64,000 nucleotides of DNA from Guillardia theta CCMP2712 (Eukaryota; Protista; Cryptophyta). Where the stretch lies: the NCBI RefSeq assembly GCF_000315625.1, contig NW_005434664.1, forward strand, positions 748,131 through 812,130, read 5' to 3'. The notes under the pieces were generated by a model. It worked only from the letters and a program-made list of their open reading frames with translations. It was not told the origin of the DNA and made no database searches. Of this stretch, positions 11,825 to 24,489 are shown in pieces. How positions within the stretch are numbered: the first letter of the stretch is position 1; every line of letters starts with the position of its first letter. The position numbers and the translations under genes are program-made.

Positions 11825-13509
11825 GCCTGTTTGCGAAGATAAAACTCAAGGCCTGGATCCGAACTAATAAGTCAGAAACGAAGCAGAACAGCAAGCATAC
11901 ACTAGAAAAAGAATTTTGAGGTAGGGAAGTAGGGCAATTTCTTTTCTGCTTGATGCGCTTATTGTTCACTACAGGGTTGGTCATTGTAAAATGCTATCAT
12001 GTGAAAGTCGACAGTGTTTACAGCTTAACACCTTTTCGCCTTTGCAAGTACTCGAAATGTACCTGAGCAGGAAACCTCTGGAAGAAAGCTACAGGAGTCT
12101 GCAACACACATGTTTATGTTCGAGGTGACTGCATAGTATCATCTATCCTGGTTCTTAGAGCGGCTCTTTCTGCTTCCCTGCCGTCCTCTCCCTGCCTCTT
12201 CCCGCTCCCCTTGAGCATTGCCAGAAGGCGTTCCCTTGCCACAAACCTTGCTTTTATAGCCTTCCACTCCACCCCACCCCTACCCCACTATGGTTTTACC
12301 TCACACCCACAGGACCCCCTTGACCTTGAATCCACCCCTCCTTCCCTCCGCCAATAGTCCTTCTTAGGACCCCTCATAATGAGCCCTGCAAGAACGATAA
12401 CCCACCCTTACCCTACCCATATCTCCTGGTACAAACAGTACCCACCCCCTTTTCAGATTCCAACAGTCTCAAGGACTACCCCAACGTACGGAGGAGGTAC
12501 CACCCCCGCTCTATATGAGTTGCAACCCACCCCATTCCGTTAGTCTTTTGGCGACGATGTATCACACTTGAAAAACAAATAGTGTACAATCGGAACCATG
12601 GGAGCCAACTACCCACCCGGTCAAAGGTAGTTGATTCCTGGGAAATTTCGTGGTGGGGAAAATTTATCCGGTACTTCTACTGAATTGCCAGCAAAAAAGT
12701 CAGTAATTGAAAGGTAGGGTGATCTGGTACCGGTGGATATCTGGACTGGACCTCGAAAGGGTAGTGAAAACGTTTTTCTTTCCGTTCTCCTCGGTTGGCT
12801 TCTATGCCTCCTCCGAACTTGAGGCCCCACTACAATTTTTCAAATTTGATCAAACAATCACAAAATTTGACTTTGTATCTTCAATATTTGAAACTTCGAG
12901 CTTCAGAAAGAGTTCAACAAACTGAACCTGGATCCACGGGTTTGACTCAAAGGGAAACCACCCTACCCCATCTTTGTTCGATCACCCCCTTTTGGTCAAT
13001 GGCCGCCCACCCCTACCTCCTATACCTTCCTGGTTGTATTGCACCCCTAGTACCGGAACTGTACCTCTGCTACAAGGGGCGTACAGATGGTGTACCCCAT
13101 GAGAGTCGCTTTCCCACCCCCTTTCCCCGCAGGAAGTACCCACCCTTTCATTATCTTACGAGTTACACCCTACCTACGCCTCACCCCTTATATGAATCAC
13201 CTTCACTTCAAGTTGACCCACTGTCGTACTCTCCTCGGGGACCCACCCCCAAACGAACTATGACAACCCCTACCCCTATTTTATGAGTGCTGACCCAATA
13301 TCTCCTACCCTATCCCAACGACCTACTCTACACATTTCATCAAGTTGTGAGATGGACCCTTGGGTGATTGCGGCACCTGCCTCACTACCCCCACCCCCTC
13401 TTGTTTCCGGCGTCGCAACTCCTATTTGTAGTTTGTTGCAGCGATTTGGAGGTGTAGAATTCAGTTTGAAAAAAAATACTTCAATTTCAAACTTCGGGTT
13501 TCGGTGCTC

Positions 13510-14590
13510 TAGTAGCCGCGCGGCTGCCACCCGGCCGGTCCGATCATCACCCGGTGACCGGCCCGGGCCGGCGCGGCCCAGTCGGCGATCCGGGACAGTG
13601 ATCGGACGCCCGGGTGCCGCGGCCGGGCCCGGCCGCGGGCCGCGTCGCAGTGCAGTCGCGGCTAGGCGGCTAGTAGCGGCGCGCCGCCCGGCCCGGCCGG
13701 CGCCGGGCGCCCGGCCCGGCCCGCGTCCTGGCCCGGCCGCCGCACAGGCTGAGTGGCCCGCCGGACCGTGATTTGCTTCCGGCAACGGTTGAACGTCCGA
13801 CAGTGCGGCCGCACTGCAGGAGGCTGGGCGGCGGCAAGTCGGATGACGTTGAGCCCGGCCGCGCCCGGCGCGGCTACCGTAGTTTAACTTCGGCACGGTG
13901 ACCGGACCCGTGACCGCCGAACTTCGGAACCGGGCCGGGCCGATCCGAGCCATGAAGCCTTGAAGTACGCGGCGGTTGCCCTATTGAATGCCGGCCCGGG
14001 CCGGGCCTCCTAAAGTTTGAGTAAATGGTTCCGAGTTCCTTACTACGGTAGGCTCAGTGATCATGTGACTCGGAGGGTCCGATCGGATCGCCGGGGACGG
14101 TCGGGCACGGTTCACTGTCACTACCCGGCACCGCCGTACTGATCATTGGCACTGGGCCGGGTGACCGTACTACGCCGGTACCTGGCACGCCGCGGGCCGC
14201 CCCCCCCGCGGGGCCCGGTACGGTACGGGGGCGCTGTCCCGGTCCGTTCAGTTCGGACTCGGAGTCGGCCCCGGCGGGGCCACCGTCCGGGGGGGCGGCC
14301 GCCCGGCCGGTACTGAGCGAGTCCGCCGAGTCACGGAATTCATCACGTAACCGGACGGGGTGACCGCACCTTGCAGGTGACCGCACCTTGCAGTGCCGCG
14401 CAGTGGGCAGGCTGGCACGGCGCGCCCCGGGCACTCCGAGCCTGCTCGATCGGAGTTGTGGTACGTGACTCGTGACTCGAGCAGTGAGCGGGTGACGATT
14501 CGGCGTAACCCCGAGAGTCCGTGCATGGAAAGATGCGACGGGCCAGCCGCTACTCCGAAGGCTGAGGCAGGGTAAATCGTTCACGGACGC
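13510..14590. other. GC-rich palindrome-dense non-coding island 2
   Basis: Same word vocabulary as island 1; 22-nt perfect palindrome at 13617-13638; 17-bp tandem duplication at 14360-14393. Confidence 0.8.
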
Positions 14591-14988
14591 CATTAACTGA
14601 TAATAAAAAGTATTCTTGCAATGTTCCTACGGAAGAGGGCTCGTTTGAGTAGTCTTCCAGGGCAGTGGAAAAAGGATGTTCGGATTTAAAATAGCAGCTG
14701 AGTTGCTGCCCCTTCCATCTCTCTTAAAAGGAAACTGAGGCGAGCTTAACCTTTTGCCCCTTGGTGCCGCCTGTCGATTCTGGAACACGTTTTGATGATT
14801 TACCACACAGTCAAAGAGGGGGTACTTCAGCCACCTTCAAGTAGGCAAAGGAAGGGTGGGGGTACTTCAAGATCTGAAACGTCGCGGTTCCTTCCAGTCA
14901 AATCCTCTCTTGCGCTCTAGCCCTCTACTACTTCCCCTCTTGTACCTCACCTGCTTCTCCCGCCTGCCTCTGCCCCTGCTCGCTCCTA

Positions 14989-15022
<34 letters not shown>

Positions 15023-15314
15023 CCCGTTTGACCTGCCTGATTGCACGTCTCATCCCCGCATCCTTCTCGTCCTTGTGCAGTAACCTGAATCCTCCTTTAT
15101 TCTCCGTGCGCGCAATTCTCCCCCCCCCTCCCCTACCTTCTAACAAGCCTCCTTTTCTCCTTCCAACTTCATCTGTAATTCTCTCCCTTTTATTCCGTTT
15201 GCTACAACAAGGGACTTGTGTTAATACAGAGATCTTCTCTGTCAAAACTCTGGGACCTTCATTGTGGGGACGCGATTGGTGGCAACTTGTTTGCTCGCCC
15301 ACAGTGGGTTGAAG

Positions 15315-15596
15315 ATGCAGAATCCAAATGGACATAACTCGCCTCGACTGATTCGTGTAGCTTCTGAGCCCGTGTGGCAATATGTGGTGGACAAGGAGGA
15401 GACTGCGTCTCCGCGACCCCTGTGCTCGACCTTGCGGAGAAACTCATCCTCGCCCTCGTTATACGCGTCAGTCTTGGAAGCTCGAATGAAGCTGGCAGAG
15501 CTCAAGGCAAATGTCCCAAAGAAGGAATGCGAGAAGATGCAAGTTGAGGAGAAACCTGCAGTACATGCGACTGGCGATGGCTTCTGCCGAGAGTGA
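15315..15596 (+). CDS. Small hypothetical protein
   Basis: ORF MQNPNGHNSPRLIRVASEP... with a coiled-coil-like LEARMKLAELKANV segment. No homology recognised. Confidence 0.35.
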   Translation: MQNPNGHNSPRLIRVASEPVWQYVVDKEETASPRPLCSTLRRNSSSPSLYASVLEARMKLAELKANVPKKECEKMQVEEKPAVHATGDGFCRE

Positions 15597-16026
15597 CTTG
15601 TGCCTTCAAAGAAAGCTGTTGGTGGTTCATGAGCTCGTGCGGCCGCATCGGCAGATTCCGTGGAGCCTTGTCGTCTCCAAAGTTGGTCAAGTTTTCGGAC
15701 TGAGTTCCATTTCGACATTGATACTCCCAGAGGCCGTCCGGCAATTGTCAGCAGCACGACGATGACTCATAGAGTTTCTTGATGTATCAGTAAGACATAG
15801 ATTACTAGTTATCCCATAAAGATGGTTTCATGTACAAGTGAGTTTCATTCCTCCTTGAAAGCGTGAGGGCAAACCCTCGTGTCTTTTGGCGACCAGTCAC
15901 GGCTGAACATGAACGGCAACGGTCTACGATTCTTGGAGACCAGGGTTCTCCAGTCTGCTGAGGGCTGCCGCCAGTGCATGCTTACCACAGCTCATCTGTG
16001 TCAAATTCCGATCGTCTTGTGTCCGA

Positions 16027-18433
16027 TCAGCTTGGAGGGCTGCATGCTTGGCAGGGGTTGACGCACTGAAAGTCAAAAAGTGCGTCAGATTGGAAAGACT
16101 TCATGCAGCAGCGGCGGCGGCGGCAGAGGAGGAGCAGGAGGAGGAGCAGGAGGTTACAGGGAGGGAGGAAATGAGAGAGGAGGAAGCTGAGAAACTTGGA
16201 GCCAGGGAGGATGGCCATGGATGGATCAAGAGAAAGGCCCCAGCAAAGTCTCACCGCAGGAACGACTGTGATCCCATCCGGGACGTTGGTGGCGAAGTCT
16301 CCCCTCCAGCAGCTCACCAGGCCGTCAACAGCGTCAGTGATGCAGGCATGCTCCATGGGCGAGTCAGCAATGGAAGGCCATGAGCCTCGAACGGGGCTGA
16401 AGGCTCACCGAGTGTCCGACGGCAATGCTGCTGCGCTCGCGGACGACGCTTCCTGGCTTGGGGTTGACATGCCCGCTGAAGTTTCCGAAGCAGACGAGGA
16501 AGCCGATCCCGTCCTCGATGCCTGCCTGATCCACCCGGAGCGCGCAGGTGTAGCTCATCCCACAAGAGAGCTGGACGAACTTCTGGCCCAACCTGCATTG
16601 CTCACAGTGAAACCTCATCACGCCTCCTGCCGCCAGTCACTCACGTCAGGGCGGGAGGAGCAGCCTGCCCGTACTCATTCGATCCCCTGCGCGGCATGAA
16701 GCATCAGTCAGCCCCTTCACGACAACAAGAGGGACGTCAGGCCCACCAGCATATGATCTCTGACTTCTCGTGGGTTATGGCACAAGTGTGTTGTGCTCCC
16801 GATGAAACCTGAAGGATTCAAAAGCGCATCTCAGCCCATCGGTCGATTATCGTCTTGAGCTTTAGCTACATGCGACACAAGCAGGTCCTGCGGCGCGTCC
16901 GTTTGGTTGAATTGGTTGGAGCCCCAGCATCTCAGTCGACCATAGGAGGAGGAGAAGCCACCTGGCAGTGCGCAAGGAGGTGAGAAGGTGAGGAGAGAAG
17001 ATGAAGCAGTGGAGGAGAGTAGGAAGAGAGATGGAGAGAAGGCGGGTTCATTGGAGGAGAAGGAGAGGGGAGGAGAAATTCTGTTCACTCACCACTGGAT
17101 ACGATTGCACAGGTGTGATGCAGCCCACATGATATCGCGATGACTCCAACGTTGCTTGTCCACCCTGAGCAAAGACAAAGTCAAGAGCTTGCTTAGACGG
17201 GACGATAACCGCCTTGCAAGCTCACTCACCCTTCTGCAAGTCGTCCGGCACGATAGACTGGTTGAAGTTGTTGGCCCCGAAGCAGGAGACCGTTCCGTCA
17301 ATCCACACCACACAAGTGTGGATGCCACCTGTTGCAGTCCATCAGGATGACGTGCGGGTCGTTCAAGTTGGCCATGGCACAACAGACCAGCCGAGATGAG
17401 CACCGGAAGCTTGTTCAGGTAGAGGGAAGACGCAGGGGCGGAGGAGCACGTATTATCTGGTATGTCACTTGTCAAAAAAGACTTCATGGTGATCGAGGAA
17501 CGAGGGACCAAACTCGCTGCAGGAGAGCATGAGATGAGCTGCGAGGTTCGGAGGAGCTTGCCCGAACGCGTTGCTCCCCCAGCAGTAAATGTTGGCTGCG
17601 ATGCTCATTCATGAGGACCAGACTGAGTCCTCCCGGCACAACCTCACCTCTCGTCAGCTCGAACGGCTGGTCCTTTGCTTGAATCGTCCTGTTCAGGCAC
17701 TGCAAGCTTGCGGAGTTAGAAGACGCCCGATGGCCCAAGTAGACGAGCACCTGCCCCCTGCCCACCTTGCAAGTCTGGTATGACACGGCACTGGCTGCGA
17801 TCAGGGCAGCATCGTCAGAGCAGATCCTTGCGTCATAAATCCCTCCGAGACAAGACGTGATCTGCGTCTTTGTTCCTATCCCGCAGGAGTGTCGAGATCC
17901 GCAGGAAATCTGAACTCGAGCCAGTGAGTCGAACAGACCCAGGTCGAGGATGGCAGGGTAGACTGAAGAAAAGAAAGCAGAGCAGAGCAGAGCAGAGCAG
18001 AGCAGAGCAGAGCAGAGCGGAAGAGCAGAGCAGAGCAGAGCGGAAGAGCAGAGCAGTGAGGGACTCCTGCAGCGCACCTGTGCAAAGGGGATCCCCGTTG
18101 GAGCTTCGAGTTGCCCGAACTCATTCCATCCCCAGCACGTCACGCTGGCGGACCCGCTCGACCAGTTCCTTGCGCACGAGTGGTACGGACCAGCTGCGAC
18201 GAGGTTCGCAAGAGTCTGTCGCATGCCAAGTCATCATCGCCCATGGCCATTCGCCATCGTCAGTCCAGTGCGACTGGCGCAACGCGGCAACAAACCTGCC
18301 TGCAGGTAGGAGCGGTGGAGAAGGCGTCCACCCAGACCGAATGGAGGAGGAAGCCCAGCAGCAGGAGGAGGAAGGAGAAGGGAGGAGGCTGGAGGAGAAG
18401 GAGTACACTCTCAGACTGTCTCTTCGCTCTCAT
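16027..18433 (-). CDS. Secreted RCC1/BLIP-II repeat protein
   Basis: Hydrophobic signal (FSFLLLLLGFLLHSVWVDA). Repeats VAAGPYHSCA..VTCWGWNEFGQLEAP, ISCGSRHSCGI, LRCWGSNQFNQTDAP, VQLSCGMSYTCAL. Multiple GT-AG introns. Confidence 0.8.
17977..18055. repeat. (GCAGA)n / (CTCTG)n intronic microsatellite
   Basis: Direct reading. Confidence 0.95.
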
Positions 18434-18549
18434 CCTTGTACCATCACACCTCCTAGCGTGACTGCCAGCATGTCCGCACTGGAGCGTGACGGCAATGGCA
18501 GTTGCCAAGTTGACTGGCCATTACACTGGTGACTAAAAATGTTTGCTAC

Positions 18550-19135
18550 TGACCCGGAGTCACCGGCCCGGCGGCGGCCCGGCCCGGCACGGGAGTCCGA
18601 TCAGTGACCGTCAGGCCCGGCGGCCGCTGAGCTCTCGCCTCGCCGGCCCGGGCCGGGCCACCGTGCACTGCGGCAGCCCCCGACTTAACCTTCGGGTTCA
18701 CTCAGTCACGGGGGCGGTCACGCAAGTTGAAGGCCGGCCGCCCCGATCAGATCCGACGGCCAGCGCCGGGGCGGCCGGGCCGCCGCCACGTGACTCGCCT
18801 GGGGCCGCCGCGGACTCGGGCCTCGGAGTCGGTCTGTCCCGAGTTCGGGCCTGGCACCGTGAGTCACCGACTCAGGCTCGGCCGACTCACTTAGTCATCG
18901 GACGGTACTGGCAGTGTCCGGGACCGTGATGGATCATTCACGGCCTTGGCCGCGGCCGCCGCGCTGCCTCGGGCGGGCCGGGCCGTGCCTGGCCGGCCGG
19001 GCGGCACCGTCACTGAGCTTCAGCCGCGGCACTCAGTCCGGCCCGGCTGCCGCCGCGGCCCGGCCGTTCGAGTCCGATACGGTCGCCGATGCCCGGTCCG
19101 ATCAGTGACGGGAGTCACTCAGGCTGCCGAGAACT
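18550..19135. other. GC-rich palindrome-dense non-coding island 3
   Basis: Same vocabulary as islands 1 and 2; starts ~120 bp upstream of the RCC1-repeat gene and is followed by a T-tract at 19153-19190. Confidence 0.8.
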
Positions 19136-20181
19136 GAAGTTTGTCTTGTACTCTTTTTTTTCTTTTTTTCTTTTTTCTTTGTTTTTTTTTCCAAGAGGTT
19201 TCCAGGACGATCCGTCTCCTTGGGGTTTATTTTGTGGGTGAGCAATTTTGTTGGGGTGGGGGTACTCAAATAGAAGGTGGGTACTTCAAGTACCTACCCT
19301 TTTAGACACAATATTTCTTTTTGAAGTATGGGTACCTATTTGGATGGAGGGGGTTATATACGAATTCGCAATTGCATGAGAAGGTAGGGTACATGATTTC
19401 TTCGGGATTATGAAGGGATTGTTGACCCAGGATAAATCTAACAAATAATCGAACAAATGGAGGGTAAACGGTATCAATCTTTAGTGAAACCGAAAGGGTG
19501 CTTGTCTTACAAAAGCTGTTCATCAGTACGAAATTGGTACAGCGATAAATGAAATTCTCACACAAATCCTTGGAATAGTATCAGTGATATTTTCCAAACA
19601 GCGATAATTTGCCTCATATATTTTGCAGTCGCAGCGCAATCCACTGCAGGATGCAGGAAGTTGCAGCGACGCTGGACGGAGGAAAGGAGGAGGAGGAGAA
19701 AGAGGAGGAGAAGGAGAGCAGAAGGAAGGTAGGGATGAGGCTAGAAATGAGGTGGTAGAAGCAAGGAAGGGGGAAAAGACATGAAAGTAGGGTTGCATTT
19801 TGCGAAGAATCTACGAGGTGCTATGGAGTTAGGAAAATGGAGAGCTTAGAATGAAGATTCGAGGGATAACCCTCCCACCTCGCTTCCATGCTCTGCTCCT
19901 CCTCTGCTTTTTCCTCCGTCCCTCGTTGCTGCGACTTCCTGCTGCATCCTGCCGTGGATTGCAGATGCGAAAACAACATTGCTGAAATGTATGTTGGTGT
20001 CGGGGACATGCAGAAATGTATTCTTGTGTTCGAATGTACTTTTTGCTCCGAAGCAGCAGAAAATCCCCTGACTCCCCCGTTCGTATCCCATTAGTATGAC
20101 CCCGTAATGACATGAGATCTTTTTTTCTATTGAACTCTCAACCATCTTGACGGGAGCTCGCAGGTCAATCCTTCAACACCC

Positions 20182-23100
20182 ATGAAATCTGTGTACGCAG
20201 AAATCCCTGACCGGCATTATCAGATCATTGCGCACCCTGTATGTTTTCCGTGCTCTTGCACCGCACCAACGGCCGCTGACTGGATGTTTCCCAGGCGCAA
20301 GAAGAATTAGCGTTGAGACTAGTCAAGCATGACCCCAAAAGGTTCACCTACCATCCCACGGTGCCTGCGGCTCCCCTGCAGCGGCTGGGAGTGACGAGAG
20401 CTGCTGGCAGAATTGGTCCAAGTTCAAGGACGGGACGGACAACATTGAAGTGGGTAAGGCAGAAGAGTTGTTTCGAGTCGGGATGCCTCCTTGTGATGTA
20501 AGATGCAGGTGGTTTCAATCCTGTAAACTACATCCGAGGGGCGCATGTCCTCTTTCTCGCCTCCTTCCACAACAACGACGTCACCCTAAGCCAATTCCAC
20601 GTACTGCGCGGCAGCTTCTCGGCCCGCGGAGGAGGAGAAGGAAGGGAGCTAATCGCTGCCTGCAGGTCTTGAACATGCTCTGCGAGTCCTTCGTCGAGAC
20701 TATGGTGATATGCCGCGCGCGCCTGCGTTCATCCATGTGCACGTTGGGAGGAGCAGCATGAAAGCAGAACACCTCACATGCTCCTCTGCTGATCTGTGTT
20801 GTTCCTCCTGTCTCCTTCCCCTTCCCTCCCTCTGCCCCCTCCCCTCGTCTTCCCCCCCCTAACTTTTCCCCGCATGTGGAGCTGTGCCCCTCTCCCCCCT
20901 GCTTCTGCGTGTGAGATTGCAATTCTGCAGTGCGTTATCTTGCCTTACTGGCCATTTGGCACAACACCCATTGATCTACCTCGAGACCCTGTCCTCTCCA
21001 AAACGCCTCAGCAGTTGACTTCTCCTCACAACTTCAAGCTCGGTAGAGACTTTCTTCATCTTCCTGACATTTTCTTCTTGCTCCTCCTTCTCCTCCTCCT
21101 GCGTCGCTGTGGCTGTCCGCTGAGAAGACGGTGGCTCTTCCGTACTATCCGACAGGAACCATGGAGAGGGTGGTGCGGGAAGGGCAGGTTGCAACAGCAA
21201 GTAATACATCTCCTCCTCCTCCTCCCTCCATCCTCCTCCCTCCATCCTCCTCCTTCTTCTCCTCCCTCCATCCTCTATCCTCCCCCCCCCTCCCCATCCT
21301 CTTTTCCTCCTCCTCCCTCTATCCTCCTCCTCCTCTCCCTTCTCCTCCTCCTCTCCCTCCTCCTCCTCCCATCCTCGTACTTCTCTCGCTTTTGTCTTGC
21401 CTCTCTCCGTATCTCCTTCGGGCTTTGCACGCCTCCTCCCCTTTCTTTCCTCTCCCCTCGCTTCCATTTCTTGGGCTTGTTTCCTCTCAGTTCCCCATAC
21501 TTGCTTCTTGTTGTTCCCTTGCTTACGGCTGATGCCCAGGCACGCTTGCTCGTCTCTTCTCCAACCTTCCAAGAGTCGGAAAGCCAATCAGAGTGATGGT
21601 GTACGACCTCCACACCCTGCAGGTTGGAGGACGAGGGGGAGGAGGGGGAGCTAGGAGGATCAAGAGCAGGAGTGAGAGGAGAATGATCAACAGAGGAGGA
21701 AAAAGAGGGGAGGAGGAGGATGCTATCAAATGGACGACGACTGTTTGCTGATTTATATCTTCTGCGCAGAATCGATTCTACCTCAGCGGCAACGCTCTTG
21801 CTAGCTTGCACACAGCAATTCCCCTGCTGGTGAGGATGACAAGGGCATGGCAGAGGAAGCAGGGGAGGGGAAGCAGGGAACGGCAGGGTGAGAGAGGGGC
21901 TAAGAGCAAGGAGAACGTGAAAGGGTCGAGGAGATCAAGTTGAAAGCGCAGCAAGCCGGGGGGGGGGGGGTAGAAACGTTTACAGAGGGGAAGAGGGGAA
22001 AGTGTACCATGTCGAGGATGTGGTCGCTGACATCTGTTTCAGATCAACGAGTTGCGCAGCCCGGAAAGCAAGATATCTTGCATCGCATTCCCAGATGAAG
22101 GTGCCCCCTCCTCCCCCTTCCCCGTTTTCCTCCCCCTCGCCCTCCCTCTTTTTCTCTCCTTTCTCTTCTCTCTCCTTCTTCCCACCTGTCTGCCAGGGTC
22201 TCCTTTCCCTTGTCCCTGGAGACTTTCTCGTCACCTCAACCTGCTTTCCGTGAGTTGCTGCCTCCTCACTCGTTTTCCTCCTTGACAGGTGCCTGCAAAC
22301 GCTTCTCCACGCTCTTCAGCACTGAGTTCCCTGACTGGCCAGTAGTGACATGCGGAAAGGTTGAAAACACAGAGATGTTCTTCTCAATATCCATTCTTCA
22401 CGATCGACACTCGATTCTCATTCCTTCATCCTTGTACCACTATTGAATCTCTCCCTCCCCCTTTCCCTGTCCATCCCCTTCTCTCCCTCTCCCTCTCCCT
22501 CTCCCTCTCCCTCTCCATCTCCCTCTCCCTCTCCCTCTCCCTCTCCCTCTACCTCTCCCTCTCCCTCTCCCTCTCCCTCTCCCTCTCCCTCTCCCTCTCC
22601 CTCTCCCTCTCCCTCTCCCTCTCCCTCCACACACAGACACTGATCCTCCTCTCTACCACATGTTGACCCTTGCACTGCATCCTTCTCACTTCCTCACCCT
22701 TCATATCCCTCCCATGCCGCTCATCTCCTCTGACTTTGTTACAAGATTCGAGATGGCGATCGGCGTGTTGTGACCATTCAAGATGGCGATCCCAAAGACC
22801 GACACGTCATCATCGTAGACGACCTAGTTCAGGTAAGCCCTCCTCCCTCCTCCCCTTCTTCCCCCCTTCCCCTCTCCCTCTCCTCTCCTCNNNNNNNNNN
22901 NNNNNNNNNNNNNNNNNNNNNNNNNNNNNNNNNNNNNNNNNNNNNNNNNNNNNNNNNNNNNNNNNNNNNNNNNNNNNNNNNNNNNNNNNNCATCCCTCCT
23001 GCTCATCTTTCGCCTCAGGTCCCTTCGACAAGTTCTACATTACCAACAGCAATCCGATGGTGACGAACAAGCTGCCTCACGACGATTGCTTTCATGTGAC

Positions 23101-23185
23101 GAGGCAGACGAGGAGGACGACAGTCGAGCTGAGCGTTTTACAGGTTCTTGATCTCACCAACATCATCATCGCCGATCTAGGATAG
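20182..23185 (+). CDS. PRS: Ribose-phosphate pyrophosphokinase, class II (plant PRS3/4-like); exon(s) lost in gap
   Basis: Exons NWSKFKDGTDNI, IRGAHVLFLASFH, TVALPYYPTGTMERVVREGQVATA, TLARLFSNLP..VMVYDLHTLQ|NRFY, IAFPDEGACKRF, VVTCGK|IRDGDRRVVTI, RHVIIVDDLVQ (PRPP-binding motif cut by the N gap), FYITNS, VLDLTNIIIADLG*. Confidence 0.93.
22482..22626. repeat. (CCTCTC)n intronic microsatellite
   Basis: Direct reading. Confidence 0.95.
22891..22990. other. Assembly gap (100 N)
   Basis: N run inside the PRS gene, flanked by CT-rich repeat. Confidence 1.
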
Positions 23186-23685
23186 ACACGTTTGCTTTAT
23201 CGCTACCGGCGCCACCGCCACCGCCACCACGGAGCAGCAGCATCAGCAGCATTTTCAAGTCGACCCGACGAGCAATAGCAAGGAGAAAGGAGGAGCAGCG
23301 AGGAAGGGAGAAGAGGTTTCAAAGAATATTTTCTTGAAGTGAAGTTAAAGCATTGCAGTATCATGTACAAACAAACGTCTTGTTGGGATCAAGGTGTTGA
23401 GGGGATTTCTCCCCACTCTGTCACCTCGTTTCCCTTCACTCTACCTCCTCCTCAAAACCCCCCTCCCCCCATCACCCCCCGCTATCATCCTCCCTCTTCC
23501 AACCCTATCGACCACTTACCACCTACTGTCCCTGTTCGTCTCTCCTACCCCCTGGCTCCCCTGTTGACAAGTCTTCATCCTCTTCCTCCCTCCTGCCACA
23601 TCCTGCCTCTTCCCTGGCCCATTCTGCCCTCCACGCTATCCTCCGACAACCACTCGACGTCTCGCCCTGATTCCACCCTTGCAGG

Positions 23686-23903
23686 NNNNNNNNNNNNNNN
23701 NNNNNNNNNNNNNNNNNNNNNNNNNNNNNNNNNNNNNNNNNNNNNNNNNNNNNNNNNNNNNNNNNNNNNNNNNNNNNNNNNNNNNNNNNNNNNNNNNNNN
23801 NNNNNNNNNNNNNNNNNNNNNNNNNNNNNNNNNNNNNNNNNNNNNNNNNNNNNNNNNNNNNNNNNNNNNNNNNNNNNNNNNNNNNNNNNNNNNNNNNNNN
23901 NNN
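23686..23903. other. Assembly gap (218 N)
   Basis: N run. Confidence 1.
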
Positions 23904-24489
23904 CCGCGGTCAGTCGCCACCCGGCAGGTCAGGCTGGGGCTACATGGGTTGATCTTGGTCAGGTCGAGGTGCCGGGGAGGGGGCCCTTGCAGGCGAGTCA
24001 GTCCCCGAGGCCCGAGACCGAAGGCGTCGAGTGAGTTCACCTGTCGGGGTTGCGGACGCGGTGGCGACATTGGACTTGTTGGACGGGTTGGTGGCGCCGT
24101 TGAGTTGAGGAGGAGTAGACGAGGAATTGCTGGCCTGCGGGCGGCACAGGAGAATTCAAAGCACATTGAAACAGGAAGGGAGGAGGAGGAGAATTTGCAA
24201 GAATGTTTGGATGAGATGCAAGGGATTAGGAGGATGGGAGATAGAGAAAATTGGGGCAGATAGCAAGAAGCGTGTGCGATTCTTGAGAAGAGGAGGAAGA
24301 ATGGAAGAAGAGACAGTCAAGACATGAGAGAAGGAAAGAAGGAGACGAGAGGAGGGGAGAGGAGAGGAGAGGAGGGGAGAGGAGAGGAGGGGAGGGGAGG
24401 AGCAGAGGAGAGGAGCAGAGGGACGAGAAGAGCGGAGGGAGAGGGACGAAGGGCAAACCGATAGCTGGGAGGATCTCTGTTGGTTCTGG

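Noticed and set aside
13276-14593. Pro/Gly/Arg/Ala-rich ORFs in the GC islands (also 6089-6719 and 18543-19137)
   Set aside because: Open on both strands simply because high GC content lacks stops; no splice structure or codon pattern like the real genes.
23904-24166. Coding-looking fragment next to the 218-N gap
   Set aside because: Truncated by the gap; strand and frame cannot be determined.
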